Assembly: GCA_029856155.1 (NCBI GenBank)
Contig: JAHQWL010000039.1
Location: 1-44,618, forward strand
Reading direction: 5' to 3'
DNA: 44,618 nt
Source: Promethearchaeia archaeon
GTDB taxonomy: Archaea; Asgardarchaeota; Lokiarchaeia; Sigyniarchaeales; SOKP01
Shown piece by piece: positions 10,127 to 19,633 of the stretch (its first letter is position 1; each line of letters starts with the position of its first letter). A model generated the notes under the pieces. The model was not told the DNA's origin. It ran no database searches and saw only the letters and a list, made by a program, of their open reading frames with translations. Position numbers and translations under genes: made by a program.

Positions 10127-10223
10127 GAATTTCTTATTTGTTTTTTTTAATAAAATTATTCTATCAAAATAGCTACAAATAAAATAAAAAAAATAAGATG
10201 GTTTTTAGATATTCTTTAAAAAA

Positions 10224-12335
10224 TTAATCGTACTTGCTTTTAAATCCTTTCAATTTTAGCATTACTTCATCATAAAGTGAACCAACAATAATTTTTTCTC
10301 CAAGATCTTTTAGTTCCTTAGCATATGCTAAAATTTGATGAAGAACTGGTCCTGGTGGTAGTACATCTCTCCTTCTTTCTAGCATATTTCCAAAAACTTC
10401 GCATGTTGGAGCTCGATCAATAGCTTTATATAAATCAATAAATAAATCATGTATTTTTCCAGCTTGGGAGTCTGCTACATGAGCTTTTGGAGTTTCTGTT
10501 CCAGCTGGAGGTGTTTCTGAGGAATTTGATGAGTCTCCTGCACCTCTTCCTTCAACAATAATAACAGGTTCTGATCGAGGGTAATCTCCCGTACCAGAGC
10601 AATTATAGTTAATACTCACTGAAGAACCCCCTTTTATCTCAATTACTTTTACATGTAATTCTGAAAGATCTCCCACTTGCACTACTGCATGAGTTGCTCC
10701 AGCTGGAGGCGTAAATTCAGTTAAACTAAAGCCGGTAGGAATAATATCTTTAACAAGAACATTTTCTAATTCTACATCTCCTTTGTTTTGGACTCTAACT
10801 CCAATGCTAAATTCTCCTTCAGCAAGTCCTGGTTTAATACTTTTAAGGGTTTTTAATTTACGTTTAACGTATCTAACTTTCAATTCTGGTTCTTCATCTG
10901 GTTCTCTTATAAAATTTTTGCCTTCTACGGGACTATTGATCTCCATTTTAATAGGAGTCATATATCTCGTTTCAGTAGGAGGTCGTGGATTTCTTGCTAA
11001 AAGAGGGTATGAAATTTCCATCTTTTTCCCCGGTAGAAATTCATTTGTTAGATTGAATAATTCTACGTAAATTTGATGCTTTTTAGAAAAATCTTGATCA
11101 GTAGGATCTATTAGTATTTTTTGGACGAATTCTTCCCTAGAACTTATATCAATATCAGCTAATAAGATTTTTATTTCTTTAACTAAAGGAGGAATAAAAT
11201 CAGGAGGAAGTTCATCTGATAAGAAAAACTTATCAATTGGAGAGGAACCATCATTTACAATGGTGTTTATTATTGTCATGTTAGTATTTGCATATGCATC
11301 TACTTCAGGTGGATTAATAGCTTTATCGATAGTTGCACTTAAAACCTCATAAATAGTTGATTCTTTTATAATTTCACCAATAACTCTTGGGATCACCACA
11401 AATAACGGTGTAAATCCAATTTCAGAACTTAATTCTGGTACATCTTTAGCTTCAACTTGAAAAGCAAAATCCCAAGACTCGTCGGGATTTAAAACTCGAT
11501 CGGGTGTTTGAGAAACTACGGTTTCAACTCCTGTTGTTATTGTTTGTGATACTTTTACATCTTCGAGCTTCACTTGGAATCCAGATTCATTAATAAATTC
11601 AACATTACAACCCCACATACCAGGTTGAGAGCCTTCGTCTCTATCAATTCCGCTCATTGAATCTGTTAACCCTCTAATCTCAGGGTTCATCATTGTTAAT
11701 TTATAATTATTAATCAGATAATTAACAGTCAAAACCCCAAGTTCTTGGCTAGTTAATTCTTTAATGTTTGCTGTAAAGATAATCTCAAGTTCAGCTTTAT
11801 TATTTGCGTCAAGAGCTGTTAATTCCCAAGCAAGTATTCGCTTTCCATCTTCTTCCTTTAAATTGGCATCACCATTACTAGGATTCCTCATTTCAATTTC
11901 TTGAATAAATGCTGGCATGTCCCTTTTAACTTTGATATCTAAGATAGGTAAGTTTAGAGGATTTGTTAATATGAGTTTTATACTAGATTTATTATCTGTT
12001 TTATAAAGAAAGGCATTATTTACTTTATCAGGATCTGATTTATCCGTATCAAATATTTCCTCAACCTTTAAAGAAGAATCTTTAAGTTCTCTAATTTCAT
12101 ATTCTTTCTTAAAATCTTGTGCGGGATTTAATGTTCCTACTGTAAGCTCTTTTGATTGCAATGAAGTATTTACGTTTTCTTTAACGTTACATATTAAATT
12201 CCATAATCTACTTCTTTGTGTTGGATTTTTTATAACCAGTGTTCCATTACCTGAAATTTCTTTGAGATTTTGTGAACCATCAAGAACAATATGTTCGCGG
12301 TCGGTTATGTCTATCACTACTAGGTTTTCTGACAT
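10224..12335 (-). CDS. Cytoplasmic multi-beta-sandwich protein with adaptin mu/delta-COP homology (MHD)-like N-terminus
   Basis: 703-aa ORF with no signal peptide or TM. Segments resemble MHD strands (see findings), followed by Ig/DUF11-like repeats, an S/T/P linker and a helical tail. The CDS is certain; the product is inferred. Confidence 0.5.
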   Translation of the reverse strand: MSENLVVIDITDREHIVLDGSQNLKEISGNGTLVIKNPTQRSRLWNLICNVKENVNTSLQSKELTVGTLNPAQDFKKEYEIRELKDSSLKVEEIFDTDKSDPDKVNNAFLYKTDNKSSIKLILTNPLNLPILDIKVKRDMPAFIQEIEMRNPSNGDANLKEEDGKRILAWELTALDANNKAELEIIFTANIKELTSQELGVLTVNYLINNYKLTMMNPEIRGLTDSMSGIDRDEGSQPGMWGCNVEFINESGFQVKLEDVKVSQTITTGVETVVSQTPDRVLNPDESWDFAFQVEAKDVPELSSEIGFTPLFVVIPRVIGEIIKESTIYEVLSATIDKAINPPEVDAYANTNMTIINTIVNDGSSPIDKFFLSDELPPDFIPPLVKEIKILLADIDISSREEFVQKILIDPTDQDFSKKHQIYVELFNLTNEFLPGKKMEISYPLLARNPRPPTETRYMTPIKMEINSPVEGKNFIREPDEEPELKVRYVKRKLKTLKSIKPGLAEGEFSIGVRVQNKGDVELENVLVKDIIPTGFSLTEFTPPAGATHAVVQVGDLSELHVKVIEIKGGSSVSINYNCSGTGDYPRSEPVIIVEGRGAGDSSNSSETPPAGTETPKAHVADSQAGKIHDLFIDLYKAIDRAPTCEVFGNMLERRRDVLPPGPVLHQILAYAKELKDLGEKIIVGSLYDEVMLKLKGFKSKYD

Positions 12336-12526
12336 TAGATAATCTTCTCTTGTTTGTATGATTTAAATTTAGAAAAATTTTATTCAAAATTTGTTATCAA
12401 AATTTACTAAATAATAAAATTATGCTAATTTAAAGTTATTTACATAGAAAGATATTTTATATATGAATTTTAAATGATAATAAGTCATTATGAATATAAT
12501 TAATAATTAAATTAATTTTAAATACT

Positions 12527-13333
12527 GTGGTTAACGACAAATTTTGGCAAGTTGTTAAAAAATTTAATACTCTAATGAAATATGCAATTGAGGGGCCGAA
12601 TTGCATATCTATTTGTCATGGCGATTGTTGTTCAATCAAGATCGATGTTCCCAAAATTCTAGCAAAACAATATATAAAACAAGGATATGCAGTTAAAGAT
12701 GATTTTATTAGAGGTGATGTTTTTAGTTTTAAATTAAGATTTGATGATGCAAAGGGAAAATGTTTCCTATATAACAAAGAAATTAATGGATGTAGTGTTC
12801 ATAATTCAGGAATGAAACCTCCACAATGTTGGATTTATCCTACTAATTTTTCTAATCCCACACATAAGGATATCAGTTGTAAAAGGATAAATGGATGGAA
12901 AATAGTAAACACTAAAAAGGCTAAAGAAGCAGAGAAGTTATTACAATATTATATCTTTTTATGCAAACTTGAAGCTAAAAAGGAAGCTAAAGCAATTATT
13001 ACTAGATTAAACAATAATTCATGTGAAAATAATTTAAGAAATTTATTAAAACAAACACCTCCAAGTCGATTAGCAGGTATAAAGGATACCTGGGATTGTA
13101 TTTCGGTTTTGTATGCTCAGGGAATGTCTTTACAACTGAAAAAAGTATGTCAAAAATTTAACAAAAAATGTGAGTATTTAGTAGATAACAATTTCTTAGA
13201 ATGTCCTTCAATATGTGAACAAATATCAAATAAACTGATTGATTTTTTACAACAAATACTAGTTAATTATATAAAAAATAACATTGATTCTGAAGGAGAA
13301 TATCCTTTTATCAAACTCAACAAAAATGAATAA
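12527..13333 (+). CDS. YkgJ / CxxCxxCC family cysteine-cluster protein
   Basis: CISICHGDCC, CFLY....GCSVH...KPPQCWIYP, plus extra C-terminal cysteines. Confidence 0.75.
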   Translation: MVNDKFWQVVKKFNTLMKYAIEGPNCISICHGDCCSIKIDVPKILAKQYIKQGYAVKDDFIRGDVFSFKLRFDDAKGKCFLYNKEINGCSVHNSGMKPPQCWIYPTNFSNPTHKDISCKRINGWKIVNTKKAKEAEKLLQYYIFLCKLEAKKEAKAIITRLNNNSCENNLRNLLKQTPPSRLAGIKDTWDCISVLYAQGMSLQLKKVCQKFNKKCEYLVDNNFLECPSICEQISNKLIDFLQQILVNYIKNNIDSEGEYPFIKLNKNE

Positions 13334-13500
13334 AAAATATTTCAATAGATTTAAGGTATTTTTGTCGGTATTCACCTTCCCGCTCTCTTCAAATTTTCCT
13401 ATATATGTTTTCTGCGTAATACATCAGCTTAAATAATATTGAAATAACATATAAATAATACATATGAATCAGTCTCAATAATAAAAGATTGTGTGTTTTC

Positions 13501-13869
13501 ATGTCGTTAGGAGATAAAAATTTAAATGAATTAGCAAAAAATGTTTTTAGTGAGAAGTATGATTTTGTCAAAGGTCCATTAAAATACAAAGGAAAATCTG
13601 GAAAGTCTTGGACTTTTGATGCCCTTGTAAAGAATAATCTTAATACCTTTGGTATATTCATTCGAGACTGGAAAAGAGAAATTTCAATCACACAATTACG
13701 ACAACTTCATAAAGCATGTATTGATACTAATATACAAGGTGGAATTATGATTTGTAATGTTGTGACAGATTTTTCTCGAGAATATAGTTCGCAATTTGGA
13801 ATTCAACTTCTTTCAAGAGGACATCTCATCTCAACATTGCGAAGAAGAAGATTCCAAAACGATTTTTAG
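13501..13869 (+). CDS. Mrr-like restriction endonuclease-fold small protein (probably degenerate)
   Basis: KGKSG..WTFDALV, REISITQLRQL, GIMICN..T..SREYSSQFGIQLL pattern; ATG at 13501. Confidence 0.6.
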   Translation: MSLGDKNLNELAKNVFSEKYDFVKGPLKYKGKSGKSWTFDALVKNNLNTFGIFIRDWKREISITQLRQLHKACIDTNIQGGIMICNVVTDFSREYSSQFGIQLLSRGHLISTLRRRRFQNDF

Positions 13870-14084
13870 GAATTCAAATTATCTCTTATCTTGGTTAATT
13901 AATTGCTTTGTTTAAATATACTTTCTTCATGTAAAATTTGAGATTTTATTGAGGTTTTCAAATTAAAATCTCTAGATTTTTTAGAATTTATAAAAATATA
14001 GTGGTCTATATATTAAAAATTTATAAACCAACAAGATAGAATATTATTATAGTAGTATAAAGAAGAAATTCAATCGATTAAATT

Positions 14085-14378
14085 TTGATACATATATATC
14101 AATTTAAGGAAGAACTAGAAGATTTTGAGGAACTGGAAGTTCAGGAAAATGTTCCATTATTCGAATTATTAGAATCAGATAAAATTTTATTGTTTGTAGA
14201 TATGCATAACCAAAAAGTTTGGATTTGGGAAGGAAAAAACACAAATACTCGTATGAAATTTATTTCAGCGCAAGCAGCTCCACATATAAGAGATAAATAC
14301 GATACAACTTTTACAATTAGTTCCGTAGATGACAAAGATGAAACTGCTGCGTTTAAAATACTAGTTGGTCTTTTATAA
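14085..14378 (+). CDS. Single-domain gelsolin-like protein
   Basis: LESDKILLFVD...KVWIWEGKNT..RMKF..A..A..I core and VDDKDETAAF end, typical of gelsolin repeats. Confidence 0.8.
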   Translation: MIHIYQFKEELEDFEELEVQENVPLFELLESDKILLFVDMHNQKVWIWEGKNTNTRMKFISAQAAPHIRDKYDTTFTISSVDDKDETAAFKILVGLL

Positions 14379-14483
14379 GTTAACTATTTATTTTCAATTA
14401 ATATTTGAATATTTATATTAATCGAAAGTATCAACTTTAAAGATATAATTTAATCTTTTTAATTAAAATATAATTGTATAATT

Positions 14484-15551
14484 ATGGAGTTATTTAAGGA
14501 AATAATTGGTATTAGAAATAGAAAAGAAAGACCGCATAGTAAGATTTCTTCAAAAGGAAGATATAATGAGATGTTAGATAAAGCAAAAAAGATCGCAAAT
14601 GAGCTCGCGAGAGAAGAAGGAGTAATTGGGATAACACTTTGTGGAGGTCTTAGTAGAGGATATGCTGATGAATTATCTGAAATTGATCTGAATGTTTATC
14701 TAGAAAATGAAGTTTATAATGATTGGATTATGGGTATTGGCCCTATTCCTCAGAATGATGCTTTATGGAAGGGTAATTACATAGATATTGAGTTTATTTC
14801 ATTTGAAAATGAAATTAAAGAAAATTGGGATTTAACTAAGAAGTGGGATGCATCCTATAACGTAATGCTATTTGATCCAGAAAAAAAGATCGAAGTGTTA
14901 TTTAAAGATAAAGATGTTTTTACTTCTATAGAAAAATTTCAGTGCCTTTCAGAATATTTTGAAAAATGTGTATATATTGGGAACTTAGTTATATTACAAT
15001 GGATTAATAGAGGAGATCCTCTAGCAGCTAATCAATTGATAAGTAGTGCAATATCGGGCTTAATTGGTTTGACTTTTTTAGCTAACGATGAATATCCTCC
15101 TTATGAAAAATGGGCTTTAAATTATTCCTACTCTCTTAAATGGTTACCTAAAGATTGGGAGAGAAGGATTTCTGAAATCATTCTTACAAAAGAAATTTCA
15201 TTTAAAGAAGTTGAAAGAAGACGTGATTTATTTGTTAAATTGTATAAGGATTGCTGGGAGAAAATTGTCGGTAATGAATTAAGGAATTTAGAATTTATTG
15301 ATATTATAACTTTGCAGGAATTGCAATTTATCGTAGATAATTCGCCTGTTTCTATTGAAAAATTTGCAGAGAGTTTTGATATAAAACACTTATCGTATGA
15401 ACCAATATATAAATTTTCAAATATTATTATACGAGATGGAAAGAAACATATTTCTTTTAATAGAGAAGAATTTATTAAAGAAAAAAAAGCAATGTTCCCC
15501 GATATATTAGAATGGAGTAAACCCTTACTTAATAAGTTAAAATTAAAATAA
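14484..15551 (+). CDS. Pol-beta superfamily nucleotidyltransferase with helical (DUF4037/HEPN-like) C-terminal region
   Basis: GGLSRGYADELSEIDL catalytic motif, third Asp in YIDIEF, FLANDEYPPYEKW. Confidence 0.7.
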   Translation: MELFKEIIGIRNRKERPHSKISSKGRYNEMLDKAKKIANELAREEGVIGITLCGGLSRGYADELSEIDLNVYLENEVYNDWIMGIGPIPQNDALWKGNYIDIEFISFENEIKENWDLTKKWDASYNVMLFDPEKKIEVLFKDKDVFTSIEKFQCLSEYFEKCVYIGNLVILQWINRGDPLAANQLISSAISGLIGLTFLANDEYPPYEKWALNYSYSLKWLPKDWERRISEIILTKEISFKEVERRRDLFVKLYKDCWEKIVGNELRNLEFIDIITLQELQFIVDNSPVSIEKFAESFDIKHLSYEPIYKFSNIIIRDGKKHISFNREEFIKEKKAMFPDILEWSKPLLNKLKLK

Positions 15552-15566
15552 GAGAAGCACATAAAA

Positions 15567-17702
15567 TTGAATCAGAAGAAAAATAAGCCCGAAGAGGAAT
15601 ACATATTTGAGTTTTACGACGAGGATTATGCGGAATCTTTAGAAGTAGATGTACCAGAGGTTATAGAAGAATATAATAAAATCAATTTTAAAGAAGATTT
15701 AAATGAGGAACAGCTTAATATCATCAATAATATTAAAGGACCAAATTTAGTTATAGCAGGTGCAGGAAGTGGCAAAACAAGAACAATAACATATTCAGTT
15801 GCAAAACTATTGCTATCAGGAGTAAGACCAAACCAAATCATGCTTGTAACTTTTACTAATAAAGCTGCAAATGAAATGGTCAAACGTGTGGAAACCCTTT
15901 TAGGAAAGCGTCCAAAAGGAATTTGGGGTGGAACTTTTCATTCAATAGCAAATCGGTTTATTCGAAGATATGCAAAAATGTTAGGTTTAAAAGCAAATTA
16001 TATCATAATGGATGAAACTGATGCACGAGCGTTGATGAAACTCTCAATCGAGAAAGCAAATGTGCAAGAAATTGAAGAGCGATTCCCTACTTCTAGGATA
16101 ACAAAAGATATCTTATCATTTTCTATTAATTGCAATAAATCAATTAGAGATGTTATTCTTTGGAAGTATTCTCAATTTGAAAGTGAAAAAGTCATTAAAA
16201 AATTAGAAGAAGTCTTTAAGATTTATCGAGAGAAGAAAGCGCAAGATAATTTAGTTGATTTCGACGATTTATTGATATATTGGAATCAATTATTGGATGA
16301 AAGAGCGGTTGCTCAACTAATTGCGAAGAATATAAAATATGTTCTTGTTGATGAATACCAAGATACTAACTACATACAAGATGAAATTATATATAAAATA
16401 GTAAAACAGAATCCAGATCAAAATATTATTGCAGTAGGAGATGATGCTCAAAGTATATATGCATTTAGAGGAGCAAATTTTCAAAATATCCTCAATTTTG
16501 AAAAAAAGTATAAGAATTGTAAAAGATATACCATCACTTATAATTACCGGAGCATTCCTGAGATATTACATTTAGCTAATAACTCAATACAACATAATGA
16601 AAAACAGTTTAAAAAATCCATGCGCTCCACACGTCTCAAAGGACTTTTGCCATACCAAGTAAATTTAGGAGATGATATAGACCAAGCAAGATTTATTACG
16701 AACCAGATTTTAAAATTACGCTCAGATGGTTATGATTTAGAAGAAATGGCAATATTGGTTAGAGCAAGCTCTCATACTCTAAGAATTGAACTTGAGTTAA
16801 AAGCAAAAAACATACCATATGAAGTTCGAGCAGGAGTGGCTTTTTTTGAAAGAGCCCATATTAAAGATTTACTAGCTCATTTAAGAATAATTGAGAACCC
16901 TAATGACGAAGTATCATGGTCTAGAATATTTTCAATCATTCATGGGATAGGAACTTCTTCTGGTTCAAAAATATTTGAAGCAATATCTAATATAGAACAC
17001 CCAATCGATGCTATGATCAATAAAATGTTCTATGCTGAAAAATTAAAAGGATCTCGTATATCTAAGGAGGGAATAAAAAACCTAATCTCTTATGTAAAAA
17101 AACTGATTGATTTTTCTCCTGATGACAATCCCTCAGAGGTTATTGAAGATTTAGTAAAAGTTTTAGAGGATCACTTAAAGTCAAAATTTGATAATTGGCA
17201 AGATCGTATAGATGATTTAAAACAACTAAGTGTTTATGCACAAAGTTTTCCTACTATCCGAAAATTTTTAGAAAATTTAAGCTTAAATCTATCTAATTTA
17301 GAATCTAAAACAGTTCATGCAGGTGAACAAACAGAGGAAGAGAATCCATTAATAATATCTACGGTTCATAGAGCTAAAGGACTTGAGTGGCGAGTAGTAT
17401 TTATTCCTATGTTATGTGAAGATTCATTTCCCTCAAGCAGAAGTATAGGAGATCAAGAGGCTTTTGAAGAAGAACGTAGAGTATTTTATGTTGCAATAAC
17501 AAGAGCAAAGGATCAATTGTATCTTATTTCTCCTTCGATTAAAAATACATACCGAGGACCTCAAATGGTAAGAGCATCACAGTTTGTGTCTGAATTAAGT
17601 CCTAAGGTCTATAAAAAGTCTTCAGTTCAATTCAAATCTCAGAAGAAAAAAGGGAAGTTTGATAGGAAAGATTTATTCAAATCAGCAATAGATCTTATAT
17701 AG
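15567..17702 (+). CDS. uvrD: UvrD/PcrA/Rep family SF1 DNA helicase
   Basis: AGAGSGKT, TFTNKAA, TFHS, DEYQD, VGDDAQSIYAFRGA, NYRS, STVHRAKGLEW, EERRVFYVAITRAK. Confidence 0.95.
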   Translation: MNQKKNKPEEEYIFEFYDEDYAESLEVDVPEVIEEYNKINFKEDLNEEQLNIINNIKGPNLVIAGAGSGKTRTITYSVAKLLLSGVRPNQIMLVTFTNKAANEMVKRVETLLGKRPKGIWGGTFHSIANRFIRRYAKMLGLKANYIIMDETDARALMKLSIEKANVQEIEERFPTSRITKDILSFSINCNKSIRDVILWKYSQFESEKVIKKLEEVFKIYREKKAQDNLVDFDDLLIYWNQLLDERAVAQLIAKNIKYVLVDEYQDTNYIQDEIIYKIVKQNPDQNIIAVGDDAQSIYAFRGANFQNILNFEKKYKNCKRYTITYNYRSIPEILHLANNSIQHNEKQFKKSMRSTRLKGLLPYQVNLGDDIDQARFITNQILKLRSDGYDLEEMAILVRASSHTLRIELELKAKNIPYEVRAGVAFFERAHIKDLLAHLRIIENPNDEVSWSRIFSIIHGIGTSSGSKIFEAISNIEHPIDAMINKMFYAEKLKGSRISKEGIKNLISYVKKLIDFSPDDNPSEVIEDLVKVLEDHLKSKFDNWQDRIDDLKQLSVYAQSFPTIRKFLENLSLNLSNLESKTVHAGEQTEEENPLIISTVHRAKGLEWRVVFIPMLCEDSFPSSRSIGDQEAFEEERRVFYVAITRAKDQLYLISPSIKNTYRGPQMVRASQFVSELSPKVYKKSSVQFKSQKKKGKFDRKDLFKSAIDLI

Positions 17703-17718
17703 ACCACTAAATTAGGTA

Positions 17719-17745
17719 TGTCCTTAGACTTTATATATTAGGACA
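17719..17745. promoter_or_regulatory. Inverted repeat TGTCCT-N15-AGGACA enclosing a TATA-like box upstream of herA
   Basis: TGTCCT at 17719-17724, TTTATATA at 17730-17737, AGGACA at 17740-17745. Confidence 0.4.
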
Positions 17746-17858
17746 AATAATACATTCAAAAGACTAAATAACAAATGTAAGTTTGTATTAATACAATTTT
17801 TTATTTATTTAGATTAAATAATATTATTAGTTAATAAGAGATAGAACTAAAGATAAAA

Positions 17859-19601
17859 ATGATAATTAGAATAAATCCTCTCGAAAGTACAATTGAAATT
17901 TTCTATGAAAAATATATCCATCTTCACGGGTTTATCAAACTCGAGTCAGAAAGTGATAAAAAAAAATATTTTATCATTATCCAAATATTAAATGAGCAAA
18001 CAATTTCAGATTATGTCTTAACGAGGCAGAAGTTGAAAAATGTAAGAATTACAGAGTATATAACAGCCGAACTGGAGTCTGAATTACAGTATGTTATCCA
18101 AGGACGTCCAATTATTTGTACTGAAGTTGAAAAAAATAATGACAAAAAAACAGATCATGTTGTAAACGTCTTTTTCTTCATTGAAGATATTATGGAAAAG
18201 GGTGTATTAAAACCCCATTCCATGGAAATCTCTGAAATTCAAGATGATAAAGCTGATTATTTAGAAACAATTTTTACTCCTGAAGGTATATTTATGGGAA
18301 ATTTGGCCTCAGAATCAAAAGTGAACGTTTATTTCCCGTATGACTATTTAATGTATCATTTTTTCATTGCTGGAGCAACAGGAACGGGAAAATCAAATTT
18401 GAACCAAGTTTTTCTTGATGGTTTCCTTCAGCATAATGCAAAGGTTATTTTAAATGGAAAAGGAACAAAAATCTCTATGTTAGCAATAGATATGCATGAT
18501 GAATATGCTCTAGGATGTAATAACTATGGATTATATGATATCTGTAAAACTACTCAATATAGTAAGGAATTATTTGGAAAATGGTTTTATCTGTATCCAA
18601 ATAAAGGCATGCCTCCAGTTGAAATTAAAAATATGGCGGAACCATGTATTATTAATTATCAAGATATAAAACCTGAGGATCTTTTCGCAACTGGATCGTT
18701 TAATGATTTACAAGTGGGAGCCATTTTTTCAGCTTATAGAATGGATCCTGAAAATTATATAGAAAATTTATTAACTGATGGCTACAAACCACTTGGAGGT
18801 CATGATGACAGAACTATGGCAGCAATCAGGAGAAGGATGCATTGGTTAGAATATTCAGATATGTTTCGATCTAATGCTAGTAGTAAATTACCAAATATAG
18901 TAAAGAAATTGGAAAAGGGAGGAATCATAATTTTTAATTGCTCTATGATTTCTGATTTAGAGCAGTTCCTATTCAATGGAGTTTTAGCAAGAACATTATT
19001 TGATATTAGAAAGTCTCTTAAATCATCAACTGACTTAACAACTTTAGAGAGTAAGTTAGCTCAAACACTTCCTAAAAGTTTTTATAATAATTATAAACCT
19101 AATATTCAGAAGATATATTCAAAATCAAGCACATCATTAAAAGAACCAACTGAGATGCCTGTAATTATTTTTACAATTGAGGAAGCCCCCAGTATTCTAA
19201 GACCAGAAATGATGAAATACAGTAATGTATTCAAAGATATATCACGTCAGGGACGGAAATTCAATCTTGGTTTAGAAGTCATTTCACAACAATATTCACC
19301 AATTGATGATACAATACTATCAAATATGAATACCGTAATAAATCTGCCTTTAAGATCTGATACAGAAAAAACTGTAGCTGCCAAATCGCTAGGAGGAGGT
19401 ATCCAGTATAGCGACATTGAATCATTAACAGGAACTAGGGGAATCGCATTAATTTCCGGGATATGGCTTACTAACTTTCAGAAGTTAAGAATCCCACTAT
19501 ATGATGACTATTTCATGAATACGTCAAAAAAGTTTTATGAAGATTTCATAAAAAAGAGGGCTTCCCAAGGTAGTAATCCTCCTCCAACAGGACTCCCTTA
19601 A
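17859..19601 (+). CDS. herA: HerA family ATPase/helicase
   Basis: HFFIAGATGTGKS Walker A, IDMHDEY, IEEA Walker B, RQGRKFNLGL..ISQ arginine finger/sensor, SNMNT; adjacent to nurA-mre11-rad50. Confidence 0.88.
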   Translation: MIIRINPLESTIEIFYEKYIHLHGFIKLESESDKKKYFIIIQILNEQTISDYVLTRQKLKNVRITEYITAELESELQYVIQGRPIICTEVEKNNDKKTDHVVNVFFFIEDIMEKGVLKPHSMEISEIQDDKADYLETIFTPEGIFMGNLASESKVNVYFPYDYLMYHFFIAGATGTGKSNLNQVFLDGFLQHNAKVILNGKGTKISMLAIDMHDEYALGCNNYGLYDICKTTQYSKELFGKWFYLYPNKGMPPVEIKNMAEPCIINYQDIKPEDLFATGSFNDLQVGAIFSAYRMDPENYIENLLTDGYKPLGGHDDRTMAAIRRRMHWLEYSDMFRSNASSKLPNIVKKLEKGGIIIFNCSMISDLEQFLFNGVLARTLFDIRKSLKSSTDLTTLESKLAQTLPKSFYNNYKPNIQKIYSKSSTSLKEPTEMPVIIFTIEEAPSILRPEMMKYSNVFKDISRQGRKFNLGLEVISQQYSPIDDTILSNMNTVINLPLRSDTEKTVAAKSLGGGIQYSDIESLTGTRGIALISGIWLTNFQKLRIPLYDDYFMNTSKKFYEDFIKKRASQGSNPPPTGLP

Positions 19602-19633
19602 GAAGTTTATATCTATACCAAAGGTGAATAATA

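Noticed and set aside
13389-13691. 100-aa minus-strand ORF and possible TGA (selenocysteine) readthrough at 13389
   Set aside because: It is antisense to the Mrr-like gene, has no selenoprotein-like motif, and I could identify no SECIS. The nearby minus-strand AGGTGA is not followed by a start codon at the 6-nt offset.
14484-15551. CBASS cyclase or MNT-HEPN toxin-antitoxin
   Set aside because: No effector gene is adjacent, no CD-NTase-specific features were recognisable, and no HEPN Rx4-6H motif was seen.
17859-19601. HerA as part of a Sir2-HerA / known defence system or as a conjugative VirB4/TraD
   Set aside because: No Sir2 or transfer genes are nearby; the nurA-mre11-rad50 context explains it.
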